Part shown: one piece after another, positions 46,464 to 54,962 of the stretch
Layout of the letters: each line of letters opens with the position of its first letter
Numbering within the stretch: position 1 is the stretch's first letter
Assembly (NCBI GenBank): GCA_965199715.1
Contig: OZ241322.1
Coordinates: forward strand, 2,189,486 to 2,253,485
Reading direction: 5' to 3'
DNA from: Vicinamibacteria bacterium
GTDB taxonomy: Bacteria; Acidobacteriota; Vicinamibacteria; Marinacidobacterales; Marinacidobacteraceae
Length of the DNA: 64,000 nucleotides
Translations under genes and position numbers: made by a program
Notes under the pieces: model-generated
Told to the model about the DNA's origin: nothing
What the model saw: the letters and a program-made list of their open reading frames with translations, nothing else
The model's database searches: none

Positions 46464-47302
46464 TGCGCGAGGCGCCGGTCGCCGCCGGCCTGTTCCTCGC
46501 GACGCTGGCCAGCACGATGTGGGTCGGAGCGCTCTTCTTCGGCTCCGGCGTCGCCTACTCGCTGCCGCTGCTGGCGATCCTCCTCAGCCACGAGGTGGGG
46601 CACTGGCTGACCGCCCGGCGCTGGCGGGTGGACGCGAGCCTGCCGTACTTCCTCCCGATGCCGTTCACGCTGGTGGGCACGCTCGGCGCGTTCATCCGCA
46701 TCCGCTCGCCGTTCCCCGACCGGCGATCGCTGATCGACGTGGGGCTCGCCGGCCCGTTCGCCGGGTTCGTGGTCTGTCTTCCGTTCCTCGCGCTGGGGGT
46801 GGCCGGCTCCCACGCCGGGCCTTCGGTCGAGGACGCGATCCGCTTCGGCGAGCCGCTGCTGTTCCGGATGTTCGCGGCCGCATTCGGGCCGGCGCTCGGG
46901 GAAGGGGAGTCGCTCTACCTGGGTCCGATGGGCCTCGCCGCCTGGTTCGGGCTGCTGGTCACCGCGATCAACCTGCTCCCGATGGGGCAGCTCGACGGCG
47001 GCCACGCGCTCTACGCGGCGTTCCGGGAGCGGGCGCATCGGATCTCGCGCCTCGTCCACCTCGCGATGATCCCGCTCGCGTGGTGGTCCCCCTCGTGGCT
47101 CGTCTGGGGCCTCCTGTGCCTGCTGCTCGGCGCCCGCCGCCCGCACCCGCCGACGCTCGACGACGAGGCGCCGCTGCCGAAGAGCCGCGTCCTCATGGCG
47201 GTCGCCGGAGTCGCGGTGTTCGTTCTGTGCTTCACCCCGGAACCGGTCGTCTTCGACTGGGCGGACGTGCTTCCCGTTGACAGGCCGGGAACCGAACCCT
47301 AA
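46463..47302 (+). CDS. M50-family site-2-protease-like zinc metalloprotease
   Basis: ATG overlaps the preceding stop (TGATG). HEVGH zinc motif in TM helix (LSHEVGHWLTARRW) and LLPMGQLDGGH third-ligand motif. Confidence 0.7.
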   Translation: MREAPVAAGLFLATLASTMWVGALFFGSGVAYSLPLLAILLSHEVGHWLTARRWRVDASLPYFLPMPFTLVGTLGAFIRIRSPFPDRRSLIDVGLAGPFAGFVVCLPFLALGVAGSHAGPSVEDAIRFGEPLLFRMFAAAFGPALGEGESLYLGPMGLAAWFGLLVTAINLLPMGQLDGGHALYAAFRERAHRISRLVHLAMIPLAWWSPSWLVWGLLCLLLGARRPHPPTLDDEAPLPKSRVLMAVAGVAVFVLCFTPEPVVFDWADVLPVDRPGTEP

Positions 47303-47335
47303 CTTTCCCGATGCGGGCCGCGCCCGCACCCCGCC

Positions 47336-48502
47336 ATGACCCCCGAACAACCCGACCGCGTCCGCATCTTCGACACGACGCTCCGGGACGGCGAGCAGTC
47401 GCCCGGATGCAGCATGGGTCTCGACGCCAAGCTCGAGATGGCTCGTCAGTTGGCGCGACTTCGGGTGGACGTCATCGAAGCCGGATTTCCCGCCGTCTCC
47501 GAGGGGGACCGGGAGGCCGTGCGCCGCATCGCCGGCGAGATCGAGGGACCGCGCATCGCGGCGCTCGCCCGCTGCGTGCATGGCGATATCGAAGTCGCCT
47601 GGGAGTCGCTGCGGGAGGCGCCCCGGCCCCGGCTGCATGTATTCCTCGCGACGAGCGCGCTCCACCGGGAGTTCAAGCTGCGGATGGCCCGAAAGGAGAT
47701 CGTCCGCCGGACGGTCGAGTCGGTGGGCCACGCCCGCGGCCTCGCCGGCGACGTGGAGTTCTCGCCCGAGGACGGCTCGCGCACCGAGCCGGACTTCCTC
47801 GCCGAGGTCGTCGAGTGCGCCATCGAGGCCGGCGCGACGACCGTGAACATCCCCGACACCGTGGGCTACGCGATGCCGGACGAGTTCCACGCGCTCATCT
47901 CCCACCTCCGGCGCACCGTCCCCAACATCGGCGAGGCGGTCATCAGCGTCCACTGCCACAACGACCTCGGCATGGCGGTCGCGAACAGCCTCGCGGCGGT
48001 CCGGGCCGGGGCGCGGCAGGTGGAGTGCACCGTGAACGGGATCGGCGAGCGGGCGGGGAACGCCTCGCTCGAGGAGGTCGTGATGAGCCTGCGCACCCGG
48101 CCGGACGTGTACGGCGTCGAGACCGGGGTCGCGACCCGCGAACTGTGCGCGGCCAGCCGCCGCCTCAGCCGCCTCACCGGGATGGCGGTTCAGCCGAACA
48201 AGGCCATCGTGGGCGCGAACGCCTTCGCCCACGAGGCGGGCATCCACCAGCACGGCGTGCTCAGCAACCGCCTGACGTACGAGATCATGGAGGCGGCCGA
48301 CGTGGGGGCCGACAGCGTCCTCGTGCTCGGCAAGCACAGCGGCCGGCACGCGCTCCGCTCGCGCCTCGAGGAACTCGGGTTCCGGGTGGCGGACGAGGAG
48401 ATGAGCGGCGTGTTCCGCGACTTCAAGCGGCTCGCCGACCGGCGCAAGGAACTCGACGACGCCGACCTGACCACGCTCATGGCGCAGCGGCGCCGGGCCT
48501 GA
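47336..48502 (+). CDS. leuA: 2-isopropylmalate synthase (short form lacking the C-terminal regulatory domain)
   Basis: [61 protein letters not shown]. It is followed by leuC and leuD. Confidence 0.85.
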   Translation: MTPEQPDRVRIFDTTLRDGEQSPGCSMGLDAKLEMARQLARLRVDVIEAGFPAVSEGDREAVRRIAGEIEGPRIAALARCVHGDIEVAWESLREAPRPRLHVFLATSALHREFKLRMARKEIVRRTVESVGHARGLAGDVEFSPEDGSRTEPDFLAEVVECAIEAGATTVNIPDTVGYAMPDEFHALISHLRRTVPNIGEAVISVHCHNDLGMAVANSLAAVRAGARQVECTVNGIGERAGNASLEEVVMSLRTRPDVYGVETGVATRELCAASRRLSRLTGMAVQPNKAIVGANAFAHEAGIHQHGVLSNRLTYEIMEAADVGADSVLVLGKHSGRHALRSRLEELGFRVADEEMSGVFRDFKRLADRRKELDDADLTTLMAQRRRA

Positions 48503-48514
48503 CCCCCCCCCCCC
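48503..48514. repeat. Homopolymeric poly-C tract (12 nt) immediately after the leuA stop
   Basis: tga CCCCCCCCCCCC gttccttgcc, read directly from the sequence. Confidence 0.9.
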
Positions 48515-48519
48515 GTTCC

Positions 48520-49038
48520 TTGCCCGCCGCGCGCAGTCCCCGGGAGTCGCTCGAGAAGCGCCCGCTCCGCGTGCTGAAGGGCGTGGTGGAGGCCACGACT
48601 CCCGAGGCGCTCGCGGAGGCGGTCGGCCCGCTGGTGGCGAAGCGCCATCCGATCGAGGACTACCGCGCCGCCGCCCGGATCCTCGTCCGCGAGCGGGAGG
48701 TCGCCCGCGCCGAGCGCACCGGCGAGCCGATCCTCAGCGACGCCGAGAGCGGGGCGCTGCGCCGGGCGGCGAGCCGGCTCATCGGGCTGTCGCGGCCGTC
48801 GCCGCTCGCCGGACTCGCCGAGCCGGCCTTCCGGAAGATCGCCGCCGAGCGGAACCTCGAGAAGCTGGCGGAGCGGCTCGCCGAGCTGGACCCCGACGGC
48901 GGTTGGGAGGCGGCGCCCCGGGTCAGCCCGCTGCTCGCGATCCACCTCATCGCGGTCGTCACCGAGGAGGACCGCCGCTACCGGATCAAGGAGGCGGAGG
49001 ACGCCGCCCGAACCGGCGCGCTTCGGGAGACCGCGTGA
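48520..49038 (+). CDS. Hypothetical protein (~172 aa) inserted between leuA and leuC
   Basis: In-frame TTG 5 nt after the poly-C tract. [35 protein letters not shown]...[34 protein letters not shown]. Helical, not matched to a known family by eye. Its stop overlaps the leuC GTG (GTGA). Confidence 0.45.
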   Translation: MPAARSPRESLEKRPLRVLKGVVEATTPEALAEAVGPLVAKRHPIEDYRAAARILVREREVARAERTGEPILSDAESGALRRAASRLIGLSRPSPLAGLAEPAFRKIAAERNLEKLAERLAELDPDGGWEAAPRVSPLLAIHLIAVVTEEDRRYRIKEAEDAARTGALRETA

Positions 49039-50420
49039 GCCGCACTCTCTTCGACCGCATCTGGGACGCCCACGAGGCGCTTCCCGCCGGGTCCGACCAT
49101 CCCGCGATCATCCGGGTGGACGTCCACCTCATCCACGAGGTCACCTCCCCGCAGGCGTTCACGCTGCTCCGCGAGCGCGGCCTTTCCGTCCGCCGACCGG
49201 ACCGGACGTTCGCGACGACGGACCACTCGACGCCCACCCGGTTCCGGGACGGCCGGCCGGTCTGGCTCGACCGGGCCGCGAAGCGGCAGGTAGCCGAGCT
49301 CCAGCGCAACTGCGAGGAGCACGACATCCCGATCTTCCCGCTCGGGGACCGCCGCCAGGGGATCGTGCACGTCATCGGGCCGGAGCTCGGGCTGACCCGG
49401 CCGGGCGACGTGCTCGTGTGCGGCGACAGCCACACGAGCACCCACGGCGCGTTCGGAGCGTGGGCGTTCGGGATCGGGACCAGCGAGGTCGCGCAGGTGC
49501 TCGCGACCCAGCATCTGCTCCAGGAGCGCCCGAAGACGCTCGCGGTGGAGGTCTCGGGCCGGCTCGCCGCCGGGGTGACCGCGAAGGACCTCGCGCTCGG
49601 GATCATCCGCCGGATCGGGGTCGATGGCGGGCGTGGCCACGTCATCGAGTACCGGGGCGAAGCGGTGCGCGGGCTCGGCATGGAAGCGCGGATGACGCTT
49701 TGCAACATGTCGATCGAGGCCGGCGCGCGGGCCGGGCTGATCGCGCCGGACGAGACCGCCTTCGCGTGGATCGAGGGCCGCGAGTACGCCCCGAAGGACT
49801 TCGACGGGGCGGTCCGCCGCTGGCGCGCGCTCGCGACCGACGAGGACGCCGTCTTCGACCGGACCCGGACGCTCGACGCCGGTACGCTCCAGCCGATGGT
49901 GACGTGGGGCACGAACCCGGGGATGAGCTGCGGGGTCGGCGAGGCGGTGCCGGCTCCCGACGGGCCCGAGGCGCGGGCGGCGCTCGAGTACATGGGGATC
50001 GAGCCGGAACGCCCCATCGCCGGGCGCCCGGTGGACGTGGTCTTCATCGGGAGCTGCACGAACTCGCGGATCTCCGACCTGCGCGCCGCGGCGGACGTGC
50101 TGCGCGGCCGGAAGACGCATCCGAACACGACCCTGCTGGTGGTGCCGGGGTCCGTCCAGGTCCGCGACCAGGCGCGGCGCGAGCGGCTCGACGAGGTGTT
50201 CGTGAGCGCCGGCGCCGAGTGGCGCGAGCCGGGCTGCTCGATGTGCATCGCGATGAACGGGGACCGGCTGGATCCGGGCCAGCTCGCGGTTTCGACCAGC
50301 AACCGCAACTTCGAGGGCCGGCAGGGCCCCCGCGGCCGGACGATCCTCGCGTCGCCGCAGACCGCGGCCGCGTCGGCGGTGCGGGGCGCGGTCGCCGACC
50401 CGAGGGAATTCGCCCGATGA
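49035..50420 (+). CDS. leuC: 3-isopropylmalate dehydratase large subunit
   Basis: Aconitase-family motifs ([64 protein letters not shown]). Confidence 0.9.
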   Translation: MSRTLFDRIWDAHEALPAGSDHPAIIRVDVHLIHEVTSPQAFTLLRERGLSVRRPDRTFATTDHSTPTRFRDGRPVWLDRAAKRQVAELQRNCEEHDIPIFPLGDRRQGIVHVIGPELGLTRPGDVLVCGDSHTSTHGAFGAWAFGIGTSEVAQVLATQHLLQERPKTLAVEVSGRLAAGVTAKDLALGIIRRIGVDGGRGHVIEYRGEAVRGLGMEARMTLCNMSIEAGARAGLIAPDETAFAWIEGREYAPKDFDGAVRRWRALATDEDAVFDRTRTLDAGTLQPMVTWGTNPGMSCGVGEAVPAPDGPEARAALEYMGIEPERPIAGRPVDVVFIGSCTNSRISDLRAAADVLRGRKTHPNTTLLVVPGSVQVRDQARRERLDEVFVSAGAEWREPGCSMCIAMNGDRLDPGQLAVSTSNRNFEGRQGPRGRTILASPQTAAASAVRGAVADPREFAR

Positions 50421-50944
50421 AGCCCGTCCGCAGCTTCCGCTCCCGCGCCGTGGTGCTGCCGGCGGACCACGTGGACACCGACCAGATCATCCCGGCGCGC
50501 TTCTTGACCGCGACCGGGCGCGACGATCTCGGCGACGCGCTGTTCGCCGACTGGCGGAAGGCCCCGGACTTCCCGCTGAACGGCGCCGCGGACGCGGGAA
50601 TCCTCGTCGCCGGGTCGAACTTCGGTTGCGGCTCCTCGCGGGAGCACGCCGCGTGGGCGCTGCGCGACGCCGGGTTCCGGGCGGTGCTCGCCCCTTCCAT
50701 CGCCGACATCTTCCGGGGGAACGCGATCCGCAACGGCCTCGTGCCGGTCGAGCTTCCCTCCGAGGCGCTCGGGCGGATTCCCACCGGGGCCGAGGTGACG
50801 GTGAACGTGGAGGCCGAGTCGGTCACGCTCCCGGACGGCTCGACCGAGCGGTTCGCGCTCCCCCGGTTCGGGCGGCGCTGTCTGCTTTCCGGGCTCGGGC
50901 CGCTCGACTTCCTGCTGGAGAACCTTCCGGCGACGGATGGCTGA
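50417..50944 (+). CDS. leuD: 3-isopropylmalate dehydratase small subunit
   Basis: ATG overlaps the leuC stop (ATGA). [15 protein letters not shown]-type N-terminus ([17 protein letters not shown]), [17 protein letters not shown]. Confidence 0.9.
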   Translation: MKPVRSFRSRAVVLPADHVDTDQIIPARFLTATGRDDLGDALFADWRKAPDFPLNGAADAGILVAGSNFGCGSSREHAAWALRDAGFRAVLAPSIADIFRGNAIRNGLVPVELPSEALGRIPTGAEVTVNVEAESVTLPDGSTERFALPRFGRRCLLSGLGPLDFLLENLPATDG

Positions 50945-51509
50945 GCGAGTTCGCTGCGGCTGGGCCGAAGGGCGCTCCCCGCTCTACGTCCGCTACCACG
51001 ACGAGGAGTGGGGCGTCCCGGTCCGGGACGACCGCGTCCAGTTCGAGTTCCTCGTGCTGGAGTCGGCGCAGGCCGGACTGAGCTGGGAGACGATCCTGAA
51101 GCGGCGCGAGGGATACCGGGAGGCGTTCGCCGGATTCGACCCCGAACAAGTCGCTCGCTTCGACCGGGACCGGATCGGGGAGCTGCTGCTGCGCCCGACG
51201 ATCATCCGCAACCGCGCGAAGGTCGAGTCCGCCGTCGGCAACGCCGCCCGGTTCCTCGAGGTCCAGGCCGAGTTCGGGTCGTTCTGCCGGTACGTCTGGG
51301 GCTTCGTGGGCGACCGCCCGATCGCCCGGCTCCGGCGGACGGACGCGGACGTTCCGGCGACCTCGCCCGAGTCGGACGCGCTCGCCCGGGACATGCGCCG
51401 CCGCGGCTTCCGCTTCGTCGGGCGCACGATCCTGTACGCGCACATGCAGGCCACCGGACTCGTGAACGACCACGTCCTCGGCTGCTTCCGCCGTCGGCAG
51501 TTAGGCTAG
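50937..51509 (+). CDS. tag: DNA-3-methyladenine glycosylase I
   Basis: Tag family pattern (CGWAEGRSPLYVRYHDEEWGVPVRDD, FEFLVLESAQAGLSWETIL, zinc-ligand HMQATGLVNDHVLGCF at the C-terminus). 8-nt overlap with leuD. Confidence 0.85.
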   Translation: MAERVRCGWAEGRSPLYVRYHDEEWGVPVRDDRVQFEFLVLESAQAGLSWETILKRREGYREAFAGFDPEQVARFDRDRIGELLLRPTIIRNRAKVESAVGNAARFLEVQAEFGSFCRYVWGFVGDRPIARLRRTDADVPATSPESDALARDMRRRGFRFVGRTILYAHMQATGLVNDHVLGCFRRRQLG

Positions 51510-51514
51510 GCGGC

Positions 51515-52636
51515 GTGCGCGCGCTGCTCTTGGTCCTCGCCGGCGCGGTCCTCGCGTCGTGCGGCGAGGGAGTCTCCGGAACCCCGGCGCCGCCGCCCGC
51601 CCCGGACCGGCCGCCGCGCCAGATCATCGGCCTCGAGACGGTCGCCCCCCGCACGGAAATCCGGATCGGGCAGGCGGTCGGGCCGCTCGTGGTCTATGGC
51701 GTGTACGACGACGACACGACCGGCACCGTGACGGCGACGCTCGTCTCCTCGGACCCGGGCGTGGTCCGGATCGACGACGAGGGACGCGCCGTGGGCGCCG
51801 GCGTCGGCATGGCGGTCGTGACCGCGAGCTTCGAGGGGTTCGAGACGGAACTGGAGTTCGAGGTCGAGGACCCGATCCCAAGAAGCGTGCGGGACCGCCC
51901 CGACGACCTGAGCGGCCCGCAGATCCACTTCATCTACGCGGTGCCGAGCGATATCGAGGACCGCAACCGGGACCGCTTCGGCGAGCTGGAGCGCTCGGCG
52001 CTGGCCCTTCAGGCGTGGGTCGAGGAGGAGACCGGCCAGCGGCTGCGGATCGACACCTTCGAGGGGCGGCCCGACGTGTCGTTCCTGCGGGCCTCGTTCA
52101 CCCATCAGGAGGGCGACGGCACGGTCGGGCGGACGGTGGCCGATCTCCTCGACGACGCGCAGCGGCTGCAGCTCAGGGGCGACAAGATTCCGGTCTTCTA
52201 CTACGAGGGCCGGGTCGTCGGCCTTTGCGGCAGCGCGTACTTCGGCGGGGGCGGCGCCGTGTACCTCGACTGCTCGGACGCGGAGCTCGGGCGGGACGAG
52301 TTCACCGTCTCCACCTTCGAGGCCGTCATGGTGCACGAGATCTTCCACGTGTTCGGCGCGGTGCCGGAGTGCGCCCCCAACTTCATCGAGGGCTGGCACG
52401 TCGAGGACCTGAACGACGACATCATGTTCGCCGGGACCGACCGGTCCCCCAGGGGCGGGGTGTCCTACATCGACGTGGGGCGCGACGACTACTGGGGCCA
52501 CGGCCGCTCCGACTGCCTCGACGTCAGCCGCAGCCGGTTCCTCGAGCCCGTCTCCGGCTCGGCGCTGCGGGCGGGCTCGGTCGAAGTGCGGATTCCGGGA
52601 CCGGACTGGCCGCTTCGCTGCGGAGTCGGCCGATGA
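51515..52636 (+). CDS. Lipoprotein with Big_2-like Ig domain and an HExxH zinc-metallopeptidase-like motif
   Basis: GTG start 6 nt after tag. Lipobox VLASCGEG. Ig-like segment (VTATLVSSDPGVVRIDDEGRAVGAGVGMAVVTASF). Putative metal site AVMVHEIFHVFG. Confidence 0.6.
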   Translation: MRALLLVLAGAVLASCGEGVSGTPAPPPAPDRPPRQIIGLETVAPRTEIRIGQAVGPLVVYGVYDDDTTGTVTATLVSSDPGVVRIDDEGRAVGAGVGMAVVTASFEGFETELEFEVEDPIPRSVRDRPDDLSGPQIHFIYAVPSDIEDRNRDRFGELERSALALQAWVEEETGQRLRIDTFEGRPDVSFLRASFTHQEGDGTVGRTVADLLDDAQRLQLRGDKIPVFYYEGRVVGLCGSAYFGGGGAVYLDCSDAELGRDEFTVSTFEAVMVHEIFHVFGAVPECAPNFIEGWHVEDLNDDIMFAGTDRSPRGGVSYIDVGRDDYWGHGRSDCLDVSRSRFLEPVSGSALRAGSVEVRIPGPDWPLRCGVGR

Positions 52637-54225
52637 TCCGGCTCCTCCTGCTGGCGGGGCTGGCGCAGGCGCAGCCGGCGGATCTGCTGATCCGGGACGC
52701 GCGGGTCGTCGATGGGACCGGAAGCCCGTGGTTCCGGGCGAACGTGGCGGTGGACGACGGAACGATCGTCTCGGTCGGCGCGGCGACGCCGGAAGCGAGA
52801 GACGTGATCGACGCCCGGGGCCTCGTTCTCGCGCCGGGGTTCGTGGACATGCACGCCCACTCCGAGTACGGGATGATCGTGGATCCGAGAGCGCTCTCGA
52901 AGGCGGCGCAGGGGGTCACCACCGAGGTGCTCGGCGAGCACCTTTCCGCCGGCCCGGTGCTCGGCCCAGCCGTGAACGACCCGATGATGGTCGCGCCGCC
53001 GATCCAGCGCGACTGGACGACGCTCGGCGGCTACTTCGACCGTCTCGAGCGGCAGGGAGTGGGCGTGAACGTGCTCTCCTATGTCGGCTCCGGGCAGGTC
53101 CGGGCGTCGGTGATCGGATACGAGGAGCGCGCCGCCAGCCGCGACGAGATGGACGCGATGAAGGAGCTCGTCCGGGAAGGCATGGAGGACGGCGCCTTCG
53201 GGGTCGCGAGCGGCCTCGCCTACATCCCGAACGCCTTCGCCGACACGGCCGAGCTCACCGAGCTGGCGCGGGTCGCGGCGGGGCTCGGCGGAATCTACGT
53301 GAGCCATCTGCGGGGCGGAGCGGAAGGCCTGCGCGAGGGAATCCGGATCGCCCGCGACGCCGGGACCGCGCTTGAGATCCACCACCTGAACTCGACGTCG
53401 GGCTCCCGCATCCCCGAGTTCGCCCGGATCATCGCCGAGGCGCGGGCGTCGGGGGTGGACGTCACCGGCAACGTGTACCCCTACATCGCCGGCTGGACCT
53501 ACCTGCGGTCGCTGCTGCCTCGCTGGGCGCAGGAAGGCGGGGTCGATCGGATGCTCGGACGGATCGTCGATCCGAACGAGCGGGAGCGCCTCCTCGCCGA
53601 GCTTCGCGCCGGCGAGGCCGAGCGCCCCCGCTGGGGCCGCACGTTCGTGAGCTCGTTCCGCGAGGGGGTGGACGGACTCTCGATCGTCGATCTGGGCGCC
53701 TCCCGCGGAACGTCTCCCGAGGAGGCGCTGCTGGATCTCCTCGTCGAACAGGAGGGCGACGGGTTCCAGATCTCCTTCGGCAACACCGAGGCGAACCTCG
53801 TCCAGGCGCTGGCGCTGCCGTTCACCCACATCGGCTCCGACGGCAGCGCGCTCGCGATCGGGATGCGCACCCCGATGGGCAAGCCGCACCCGCGTTCGTT
53901 CGGGACCTATCCGCGGGTGTTCGCGAAGTACGTCCGCGAGGAGCGGCTGTTCTCGCTGGAGGAGGCCGTCCGGAAGATGACCTCGGCCCCGGCGAACCGG
54001 CTCGGCCTCGCCGACCGGGGCCTGGTCCGTCCGGGGATGCGGGCCGACCTCGTCCTCTTCGACCCGGACGCGGTCGAAGACCGGGCGACGTTCGAGGAGC
54101 CGGAGCGCTACCCGTCGGGGATCCCGTGGGTGTTCGTGAACGGCGTCGCGGTCATTCGGGAGGGGGAGCCGACCGGCGCCCTTCCCGGCGAGGTGCTGCG
54201 CGGCCCGGCGTGGCGCGGCCGCTGA
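52633..54225 (+). CDS. N-acyl-D-amino-acid deacylase (D-aminoacylase) family amidohydrolase, secreted
   Basis: ATG overlaps the preceding stop (ATGA). Signal peptide MIRLLLLAGLAQAQ. Metal-site motifs PGFVDMHAHSEY, VSHLRG, IGSDGSA. Confidence 0.8.
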   Translation: MIRLLLLAGLAQAQPADLLIRDARVVDGTGSPWFRANVAVDDGTIVSVGAATPEARDVIDARGLVLAPGFVDMHAHSEYGMIVDPRALSKAAQGVTTEVLGEHLSAGPVLGPAVNDPMMVAPPIQRDWTTLGGYFDRLERQGVGVNVLSYVGSGQVRASVIGYEERAASRDEMDAMKELVREGMEDGAFGVASGLAYIPNAFADTAELTELARVAAGLGGIYVSHLRGGAEGLREGIRIARDAGTALEIHHLNSTSGSRIPEFARIIAEARASGVDVTGNVYPYIAGWTYLRSLLPRWAQEGGVDRMLGRIVDPNERERLLAELRAGEAERPRWGRTFVSSFREGVDGLSIVDLGASRGTSPEEALLDLLVEQEGDGFQISFGNTEANLVQALALPFTHIGSDGSALAIGMRTPMGKPHPRSFGTYPRVFAKYVREERLFSLEEAVRKMTSAPANRLGLADRGLVRPGMRADLVLFDPDAVEDRATFEEPERYPSGIPWVFVNGVAVIREGEPTGALPGEVLRGPAWRGR

Positions 54226-54962
54226 GCGCGCTCCCGGCGGAGCTTCGGGCGCGCTGCCGGGACGGGAGCTTCCGGGGCACGACCTCGGGGCTCGCTCCCG
54301 GCTTCGCGCAGGCGAACCTCGTGGTCCTCCCCGGCGCGCTCGCCGCCGACTTCCGCCGCTTCTGCGAGCGGAACCCGCGCCCGTGTCCGCTGCTTCACGA
54401 CGCCGAGTCGGGGGCGGACTTCCGCACCGACCTGCCGCGCTACGTGGTGCGCCGGCGGGGAGCGTCGCCCCGCGAAACGCTCGACGCGACCGCCGACTGG
54501 CGCGACGACTTCGTCCCGTTCCTGCTCGGGTGCAGCTTCGGCTTCGAGGCGGCGCTCGTCGAGGCCGGGATTCCGCTGCGCCACCGGGACCAGGGCCGGA
54601 TCGTGCCCATGTACGCGACCCGCCGGCGCTGCGAGCCGGCGGGGCGGTTCCGCGCGCCGCTCGTGGTCACCATGCGTCCGATTCCGCGCCGGCGGGTCGC
54701 CGACGCGATCGCGATCTGCCGGGACTTCCCGCTGGCGCACGGCCCGCCGGTGCACGTCGGCGACCCCGCCGAACTCGGGATCGCGGACCTCGCCCGGCCG
54801 GACTGGGGCGACGACTGCGGGATCGGCCCGGACGACGTCCCCGTCTTCTGGGCGTGCGGCGTCACTTCGCAGCTCGCGGTCGAGGCCGCCGACGCCGAAG
54901 TCTCGATCACCCACGCTCCCGGCCACATGTTCGTGACCGACCTTCCCTCGAGAACCTCATGA
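54210..54962 (+). CDS. DUF1445-family protein (putative hydro-lyase / D-glutamate cyclase-like)
   Basis: GTG start overlaps the 3' end of the D-aminoacylase gene by ~16 nt. N-terminus PAELRARCRDGSFRGTTSGLAPGFAQANLVVLP matches the characteristic DUF1445 start. Confidence 0.7.
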   Translation: MARPLSALPAELRARCRDGSFRGTTSGLAPGFAQANLVVLPGALAADFRRFCERNPRPCPLLHDAESGADFRTDLPRYVVRRRGASPRETLDATADWRDDFVPFLLGCSFGFEAALVEAGIPLRHRDQGRIVPMYATRRRCEPAGRFRAPLVVTMRPIPRRRVADAIAICRDFPLAHGPPVHVGDPAELGIADLARPDWGDDCGIGPDDVPVFWACGVTSQLAVEAADAEVSITHAPGHMFVTDLPSRTS

